The translations under genes and the position numbers were made by a program. The notes below the pieces were generated by a model. It worked only from the letters and a program-made list of their open reading frames with translations, did no database searches and had not been told where the DNA came from. Shown here piece by piece: positions 39,734-64,000 of a stretch of DNA of 64,000 bases. This stretch comes from Gekko japonicus (taxonomy: Eukaryota): assembly GCF_001447785.1 (NCBI RefSeq), contig NW_015172065.1, positions 146,430-210,429 of the forward strand. The letters run 5' to 3'. The stretch's first letter is position 1; each line of letters starts with the position of its first letter.

Positions 39734-40178
39734 GGTCCCTGCCACACGGCAGGGAAAACACCGGCCAAAGTGTGGCAAATTAGAGCCGCACCAAAATAGA
39801 GACGCCGCAGCGGGATCCCACGGATCCCCTTAGCCGCGGCGCTGTTGCTCCCCGGCACGATCAGATGCCGGGGAGGAAGACACAGTCGGGAGGGGGAGGC
39901 TGCTGAACTGTGCATGCCTGAGCATGCGCAGTTTGGGCTGGAGCCGGGGATGCGCCGGCGAAAGGACGCGCCGGCGATCCCACGGCCAGCTTTGATGCGG
40001 CCGTCTGGGATGAACCACCATGGTAGGTGGTTCATTTTTGCAGCGGGGTTTTGGGTGGAAGGGGTGGATCGGGGACGCAAGCACAACGCTTCCCAGATGT
40101 TGCGGTGGGATCGCGCCCGTTTGCTGCGCCCCCGATCCGTCCCTCTACCAGCCCAAAACCTCTCGTGTGACCGGGGCC
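39734..40178. mobile_element. CpG-rich PIF/Harbinger-type MITE
   Basis: Imperfect TIR ggtccctgccacacg/cgtgtgaccggggcc; 3-bp TSD TCA. Confidence 0.7.
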
Positions 40179-42353
40179 TCAGACTCATGAGAAACCCAAG
40201 TCGAGGGCTGCTCCTATATTCTTATGCATTCTAAAAGAAAAGCTGTTCAGCTGTAAGAAAGAAAAAAGCAGTGTCTCCCATTTACATTCAGACAGAAGTG
40301 CTCCATAGCTGCCAGAAGCTTGGTCAATATTGGCCTAAGATAGACAGCTGCAATTAAAATAAAAGGTTTCCCCCCTCCCTGCAGTGAGCCTTCCCTCTTC
40401 CTTATGCTTATCTAGTTATCAGTCTACTCTTGCAAGAACAGTAGTAAGGAAGGCTGTACTTCTTTTGCTTTCCACCCCTGGGCAACAGTTAGTTTTACAG
40501 GTGGGCTGCTTCAAAGAGTGAGGAAGGTGGGCCAGCTTTCCTTCCTCTCAGGCTCCCAAACTGGACTGCTAGCAAGTCCTGTGACCATCACTGGCCTTCT
40601 ACCCACCCACTCCTCTTGCCTCTGCCTTGTACATTGGGAGTGTTGGGGCGGAGCTGAGGTACCTCAGAGGGCTGAACCTGACTGGAAACTTTAGTTGTTG
40701 GATCTAATTATTCTATGGAAATGTAGAGGACTGTGATACAACCACCACAGGCATTTGGGGGATACCACCACCCATGACAAGTAACCCTCCTTCTTGGCCA
40801 GAGCAGTTTTAAAACTAGTGTTATCATATCAACCTCCAGATGTGGCCTGGCGATCTCCTGAAACTACAGCTGATCTCCAGACCACACAGGGCTCAGTTCC
40901 CCTGAAGGGAGTGATGGCAGCTTCAGAGGGCGGACTCTGGGGCATCACACCCACGTTGCACTCCCTCCATTTCTCAAATGCGCCCCCCCCCCCAGGAACA
41001 ACCACCAGAGTCGCCTTGGTGGCCCTGATGAGGCCAGAAAGGCAGGGTATACATTTTGTAAATAAATAAATAAAATACAATAAATACCTTTCGAGGCATT
41101 TCCTAAACTGGACCTAGCAGACCTCTCCTGATGTATATATTTAGTACACTTATGGTTTAGTACATGTATATTTATATGGCCCAAAGAGGGGGGAAAGAGC
41201 ATGAAGTCATGAATGAGGCCAGACCAGAAGCTGAAAGTATTATGGAGGCTCTCCGGTAAGGTGCTTGTGAGCCCCCTTCACTGAACAGCGGGGTAGGGCA
41301 CACCAGCCTCTTTCCTGCAGAGGCTCACCTTCCTCCTCTGTTGGTTGGTTGGGTCCTTCAGAAACCTGAGGACCCCAGCACTTGTCGTGCTCCATGCCAT
41401 GATCCGGACTTGTATCCACGATGACTTTGAAATCTTTTCCAATTTAACATTACTAACTTCAGTTCTGGCTACAAAGATGGAGCAGAGAAGGCAGCCCCCC
41501 GGTGGATTGCAGAGATGATGATGGCCCTCTAGCAACTTCTCCATTAATTTGCATGGGAAACAGAAAACCCTGTGCACACATGAAGCTAACTATCCACTGG
41601 TTTACATCACCAGGTGGATATGTGCAGACTGCCCAGAAGTAAAGGCTTTTCTTATCAAAGGTTCAACGCTAAGCAGAGTTATATCCTTCTAATGGATTTA
41701 GGAGGGTATAAACTGTATTTACTATAATGACACTGTCAGAACTGCAGATCCATTTTGAGTGGGGTGGTGCTATCATAGGAAAGGCATGGATACAGTTTTG
41801 AGAAACAGCCTAAACAAATGCTAGAAAAATTATAACAATGGAAACATATGCGAGCCTTTTCAATGTTTTACCAACTTGAGATGAAGAAAGTCCACTTTTA
41901 AACTAGACGTTTGATTATCTTTTCTGTGCGATTGCCTTGTGAGTGTTTCTGACATCCTTTCAATAAACCATTTTTTTCTATTTTACTACCTGTAGATTTG
42001 AACCCTCTAGTTTTACCAGTTCTGAACCATTAAAACAATAAAGTGTTGCAATTCTAGTCTAAATGACTAGTGTACAAAAAGTCACTACTAATAGTAAAAA
42101 TGTCAGGGCTTTATATCCATTAAGACCTTCCAAAAACACTTTCTGAATGGATTCATTTGTTGATGAGCCCTTGTATGTTGCAGAAGATTATGGGATTTGT
42201 TCAAGGGTACTTACTTGCTACATGGAGAAAAGTACCCTCACTTGAACAGAGGTCAAATTCACATAGAAACTGTAAAACACAAGAAGGCTGAAATGTGATT
42301 GTAAATTAACCTTCCTGTATGGTCATCAGTTAGTCCACAAAGCTGATCCAAAC

Positions 42354-42748
42354 CAGGGCTATTTTTGGGCAGGAACACACAGGAACAGAGTTCCGGCTGG
42401 CTCCTGAGTTGGCCACGCCCAGCAGGAACTCATTGGTATAATAGGCCACACCCAATAGCAGAAACTCATTAGGATTGGCTACATTAGGGGTGTGTGGCCT
42501 AACATGCAAAGGAGTTCCTGCTACAAAAAAAGCCCTGGGTTTTGACAACAAACAAGGTAAACAGAATAAGAAGGGAAAGGTGGGTGTGGCTGGATGACCA
42601 CACTTCTGGTAACATGAGGGTGTGGCCTAATGTGCTAATGAGCTGTGTGGTCAGGGGTGTGGCCCAATATGCTAATGAGTTTTGCTATTGGGTGTGGCCT
42701 ATTATGCTAATGAGTTCCTGCTGGGCTTTTAGTACAAAAAGAGCCCTG
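42354..42748. mobile_element. Composite or rearranged hAT-type MITE pieces
   Basis: Same CAGGGCTATTTTT...AAAAAAGCCCTG ends and GGGTGTGGCC/ATGCTAATGAG repeats as 36697-37185; TSD not clear. Confidence 0.75.
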
Positions 42749-44256
42749 CCAAAAACATTTAGCTACTTTCCTGTTCTTCTCCCTTGGTCATTAACAGTAG
42801 GGAAAAGAGGTGGAAAACACCATTAGTACATGAATTTGGTCTCAGTGTGATATAAAACACAACCAATATTCTGCAGTTAAGGAACTGCTGATAAGCCTCA
42901 GGGGAACGGGGGTTCTGGAAACAAAGCTTGAAAACTACTGCATTAAGACATTAAAAGTAATTTCAAGATCACTCAAGCTATGTTCACCCACCCAGTATCT
43001 TTAAAAAGGTCCTCACATTAATACAAAATTATCTTTCCTCCTTGGGTCCATTCTAATATGACCACAGCTCAGGAGTCTCCAGCCTTAAAGAATTTGTGTG
43101 AACACTTCTGGAAGTTTGGAAAACAGGTAGCAGATATCACCACAAAATAGTCACCATGGAGGCTGGCACCCAAAAATGTCGGCAAGTTCAAGCCAAGCAT
43201 TCTCCTATGATGAAACAGCTGTTTCCAAATTGTTGCTCCTTGTAGACACAAAGGGGATACTTCCTGGACTCCATTGAAGTACAAGTACTTCCTGCTAAGA
43301 AGGAGGAAAGCCGTGGTTGGCTTTTGGTGCCAGGAAACATATTGATGGGCACCACACTGGAGGATCACTGCTATAGATGATCAAACCAACTGTGTTGTGT
43401 GCACTAAAAACCATTGAAGTTTGGTAAGGGTTCTGTAAATGGTATGTCTGTACAGGCCCTAGTGCAGCAGCAAAATTTAACCCCCTCAATGCAGTCTAGT
43501 TTTTCCTTTACCTTACTTCAGCTATTGGGAGGGCTCTTCTCTAGCTCTAGTCTAGTGTCTTCCCTTCCCTAGATAAAGTTGTCCTTTAAGAGTGTCTGGA
43601 AGAAAACTTATGTCCTCTTTGCCCTATGCATTTGAAATAGCTGGAAAGGACAGCTGGGAAATTTAGAACAGGAGATACGTCTTTACACAGTGGGTTGCCA
43701 GATTGTAGAATTCACACCCGTGGGAGAAGCGCTTGGGTATTCTGCCTTGGAAATGTTGTACCTGTTGCAGATGTCCTTGGAATAATGAAACAGTGATTTT
43801 GAGAGCTGAATCAGGAGATTTCAGTGGGAGTCTTTCCTCCAAGACACAGAACTCCCCCCTCCCCCCAATTCAGGCCTAAGAGAGTGAATGAATTGAGTCT
43901 TAGCCAAGACAAGACAGAAGCGCTAATTAAGGTGACACAGGAATAGAAATATAACTTGCTGTCAGTGTGGCACAGCCCCGCTGCTCGTGGGCTTCTTGCT
44001 GTTGCTGGACATAAAAATGGTGGAGGAAACTGGGGTCCCTTTTATAAGTTTAGACTCAATCATCAGCTGCGGCCATTCCTAGAGAACCTAGACCGATGTT
44101 GGTATGAATCCAGCCTAAACTACTATCAAACTCTGCATGTAGGATAGCCTTGGAGATGACCCAGAAATTCTAATTGGTACAAAATGCAGCAAGGAGAGTC
44201 TTGACTGAGGTCTGCCATAATAAATATATACCACCAGTACTTCACTAGTTACCCAG

Positions 44257-44540
44257 AAGAAGAAGAAGAGATTGGATTTATACCCCGCCCTTCACTACCC
44301 AAGGGAGTCTCAGAGCGGCTTACAAATTCCTCTCCCTTCCCCTCCCCACAACAGACACCCTGTGAGGTAGGTGGGGCTGAGAGAACTTTGACACAAACTG
44401 CTCTTTTTCAAAGACAGCTGTGCCAGAGCTTGTGACTGACCCAAGGTCACATCAGCAGGTGCAAGTGGAGGAGTGGGGAATCAAACCCGGTTCTCCCAGG
44501 TTAGAGTCCGCACACTTAACCACTACACCAAACTGGCTCT
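44257..44540 (-). mobile_element. tRNA-derived squamate SINE (Squam3-like)
   Basis: Same family as 19093; flanked by the duplicated target ctt(c/t)actagttaccca. Confidence 0.8.
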
Positions 44541-44586
44541 CCGAGTACTTTACCCAGTAAAGTACTCGGTACTTTACTAGTTACCC

Positions 44587-44796
44587 ATGACCTGAATAGC
44601 CCAGGCTAGCCCAGTCTCATCAGATCTCGGAAGCTATGCAGGGTTGGCCCTAGTATTTGGATGGGAGACCTCCAAGGAATACCAGGGTTGGGATGTAGAA
44701 GCAGGCAATGGCAAATGACCTCTGAACGTCTCTTGCCTTGAAAACCCTACAGGGTCTCCATAAGTCAGCTGTGACTTGACAGCGCTCTCCACCACC
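44587..44796 (+). mobile_element. 5S rRNA-derived SINE with BovB-like tail
   Basis: cagatctcggaagcta.gcaggg...tggatgggagacc is 5S-like; tail gccttgaaaaccctacaggg...gtgacttgac. Confidence 0.8.
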
Positions 44797-46369
44797 ACTT
44801 TACTAGTTACACTTGCTCTTGGTCTGTTTCCAGGACTGAGTCTTTAACTTGGAAAGCTCTATAAACAGTTGGAATCTGGGGTATCCAAAGGGCCATTTCC
44901 ACTCATATCAGTATGCCCAAATACCTTCTCTCTCCCCAATTTTCTCTCTTGAAGTTAACATGCTTCACAGATTTGGGATTTGGGAGTATTTTGCATTTTA
45001 GAATTGGATCCTATATGTGCATTCTGACTGTTAGAATGTATTTTAGTCCACTCAAATAAACTACTTCTATCTTCCAACACTGACAAATTTCCTTACATGC
45101 TCCAGAGCCCCATCATGTTGACATAAATCCCTAAAATAACAGTGTTGTAGTCTAAGTTTTAGGATTGATTGTTCAGAGTTCAGAAAGAAATACACAAATA
45201 AGTGACCACAAAACAGAAAATGTACACATATCTTATTTAGTTGTATAATCTGAGGGCCAAATCTGGGTCTTTTGGCTACAGAATTAGGATGAATTTTGTC
45301 TGGACAAACTTCAAGTCAGAGGCTTTGAAGACAGAGTAGGCATACTGCATAGCCTAGGTCTTGGGCTCTATCTCTGGTGCCTTAGCTGCTTGTGAATCCA
45401 GACCTTCCAAAGCTATGGAGGGTGTTTCCAAAAATACTGCCACCACATATGAACCTTAAGCCTTCTGGAACACAGTCTTTGGCAGAATGCCGCAGATCTA
45501 TTTTAGTCCCACTACAGAGAAAGATTTTTTTTTAAAAAAAAAGCCACCTTGACCCCCTCTGCCTAGTTGGATTGTGTCAATGTCACATGTCCTCAAAGAA
45601 CCCTCTTAGTCTTCTGCTTTATTAAAGCTGCAATCATGTGCAAACTTAACCCCATTGAACACAGTGGCAAGTTACTTCTGAGCTATTTCTGTGGTTGGTC
45701 ACACAACTGGCTGGTACCATTAGAGGACCAAAGGTCATTTCTCCTTGTTCATGGGCTCCAGTAATCTTCCACATCTCAAAGTGCAGGATGAACCCGTGCA
45801 CCACCTTAGGTCAGCCCAGCAGGCTTTGAGTTGCACTCCTATCTTGACAAGTGTGTACATTGTCTACAATATTGCATGCCCTTTTGGCAGTTGCTCTTCT
45901 CCTTTGAAATAGTCTCTAACAGCAGACTTGGAGTGCCCCATCTGTGGCTATCTTTTTCTTGAAAAATCAGGCCTGCCTACTTGGATTCTTTTGGATTATA
46001 CTTGGTCTTTCAGCTGAGCTTCTGATAATAAATTGTGGTTGTTTTGCTGTTTTGTGCTTTATGATGGCACGGTTTTAATCAGTGATATTTTAAGCTGGTT
46101 TGAACTGATGAAAGGGTAGAAAATACATTAATCCAGTACATATACAGTCTTTGAGTTAAAGGGTTCAACTCACAGTTACACAGGTCTTTATAGCACACAG
46201 CCTCTATCCATCAAAAAGGGGACAATCCAGATGTGTATCAAAGGTAGTGGAGTGTAGTACACTAGTAAAAGACTGAGCAGTAGGTGTGTGCATTTTTTGT
46301 GGGGGGAGTTGGTAAATTTCAGATTTGTAATTTAGGCAGCATGAATACCAATTTCTAATACTAATACTA

Positions 46370-46920
46370 ATTTCTGGACTAAGGGGTCTATTGTTTCCTG
46401 GGGGGAGGACAGAGGAGTTTTCAGGGGGTCTGGAGCTGGTGTTTTTAGAGCAAATGGCACCAGATTTGCTGGGAACCAAGATCCCATCCCCCTAAAGCTA
46501 TCCCTCCCAAGTTTTTTGGGGGGATTGGAAAAAGGAGTGCGACTTAACATCCCCCAAACAAGACGTCCTTCCTCTCTCATAAAGGCTCCAAAAGTTTTAA
46601 GAAGATTGGACAACAGGTTCTGATTTTCCAGACATCTGAAACAAAGTCCCAGGTTCAATCTGTTATCCCTCCCAAGTTTTTGGGGGGATTGGAAAAAGGA
46701 GTGCGACTTAACATCCCCCAAACAAGGCACCCCCAGCCATTCTGGATCTCCTGTGGGGGGAAATGGGGTCTGGTAGTGTGAGGTTGTAGAGAAAATATCA
46801 CCAAAATTGCAGGGTATCACGTCCTTCCTCTCTCATAAAGGCTCCAAAAGTTTTAAGAAGATTGGACAACAGGTTCTGATTTTCCAGACATCTGAAACAA
46901 AGTCCCAGGTTCAATCCCTG
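46370..46920. repeat. Interspersed repeat with exact internal A-B-A-C-B duplications
   Basis: A: ~46499-46562 = ~46664-46726; B: ~46563-46660 = ~46819-46916. Confidence 0.75.
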
Positions 46921-47319
46921 TTATTTCCAGTGAGGATAAAGTAATAGGTGATGTGACCCTGAGTCTGAGACCCTAGAGAGCTGCTGTCAGTCTGAGTAGA
47001 TTTGACCGTAATGGACCAATGGTCTGACAGAGTCATATGGTCGTGGGGGGGGGGTGCGTCCCCACAACCATCCTAAAACAGGCTGTAGCCCACAAAAGCT
47101 TATGCTTCAGTAAATATATTAATCTCTCAGGCTGCTACACAGGTAAGGGTAGCTCAGGTCAACTCCCGTCTCTTTCTCTGCAAGGTAACATGACATCCAG
47201 GCACCCCCACCTGTTATTAGTTTCTATTTCTATCCTAGAGACATAAACCTACAAAAATAGAGTAGTTGAGACACACAGCCTAAGTTTCCCGTGGAAACAA
47301 CAGTAAACCGCAATTTATT

Positions 47320-47828
47320 ATCCTCTATAGACGCAGAGTGGCGCCGCTCTACCCTCTGACATCTTTGTGGTAAAGTCCCGCATTGGAATGGACAACCCGT
47401 TATACCGGGAATGCCGCTAACGCCCGCGCGAATCTGAGGATAAGAAAAAAAAATCCCAAGAGTTACACACAGCTCTCGTTTCCTATCTCCACTTGGACGA
47501 TGCCATATGGGAGTCCAGGAGCCGAATACAGAACGAAGAAACCGCTCTAGCCCCAAATATTTATGACTCCTCAGGTCCTTTTCGTTTTGATTTGTCTTCA
47601 CCCCCGAGCACAGTCACTTAGGAACCGGAAACGTCACTAGCGGCATTCGCCTCCACCTAGGGAAAGGAAGGGTTTGTGGATGTGACCCGGAACTGGAACT
47701 AGCTGTGTGTTCGAAGTGCGTGTGGGCATCGTTCTGCAGGAGTGGAGGAACTGTGTAAAAAGGCCCGGAGTAAAAGCGTTTGCCCTCCGGGTCGATAGCG
47801 GAGCAGGGAAGGAGGCAACGGGGCCGCC
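47320..47828 (+). promoter_or_regulatory. SNRNP200 CpG-enriched TATA-less promoter and 5' UTR
   Basis: Local CpG enrichment directly upstream of exon 1; ETS-like CCGGAA motifs (~47625, ~47687), an ACGTCA half-CRE, and a YY1-like CCGCCAT overlapping the ATG. Confidence 0.7.
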
Positions 47829-63933
<16,105 letters not shown>

Positions 63934-64000
63934 TGATAGACACTTTCTGTCTATCCCTATAGACTCAGCTCATGAATCTTTCAGAGGTTATAAGCTTCAC

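Noticed and set aside
44600-44700. 5S rRNA gene
   Set aside because: It is diverged and fused to a LINE-like tail with target duplication, so it is a SINE head.

Overview
This is vertebrate genomic DNA from a squamate reptile, probably a gecko; that is inferred from the Sauria SINE, BovB, 5S-derived SINE, CR1/L2/L1 and hAT MITE content. There are three genes. (1) ITPRIPL1 lies on the minus strand as one coding exon (5052->3471). Its apparent frameshift is a false assembly gap; closing it gives an intact 519-aa ORF. (2) A spliced, intact but divergent PITX-family K50 homeobox gene lies on the plus strand (exons 35533-35747 and 38408-38917, candidate first coding exon 26646-26733, about 270 aa). 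(3) SNRNP200/Brr2 contributes its first 19 coding exons on the plus strand (47829-63906) and continues beyond the window. The main point of interest is the PITX gene. It sits between head-to-head ITPRIPL1 and SNRNP200, an interval with no PITX gene in human, and it matches none of PITX1/2/3 in sequence or neighbourhood. It therefore looks like the fourth vertebrate Pitx ohnolog, lost in mammals. The rest of the window is TE-rich, including a hAT MITE family with 8-bp TSDs that carries an Oct/ETS/ATF/KLF motif cassette, and a degenerate Ty1/copia pol fragment.
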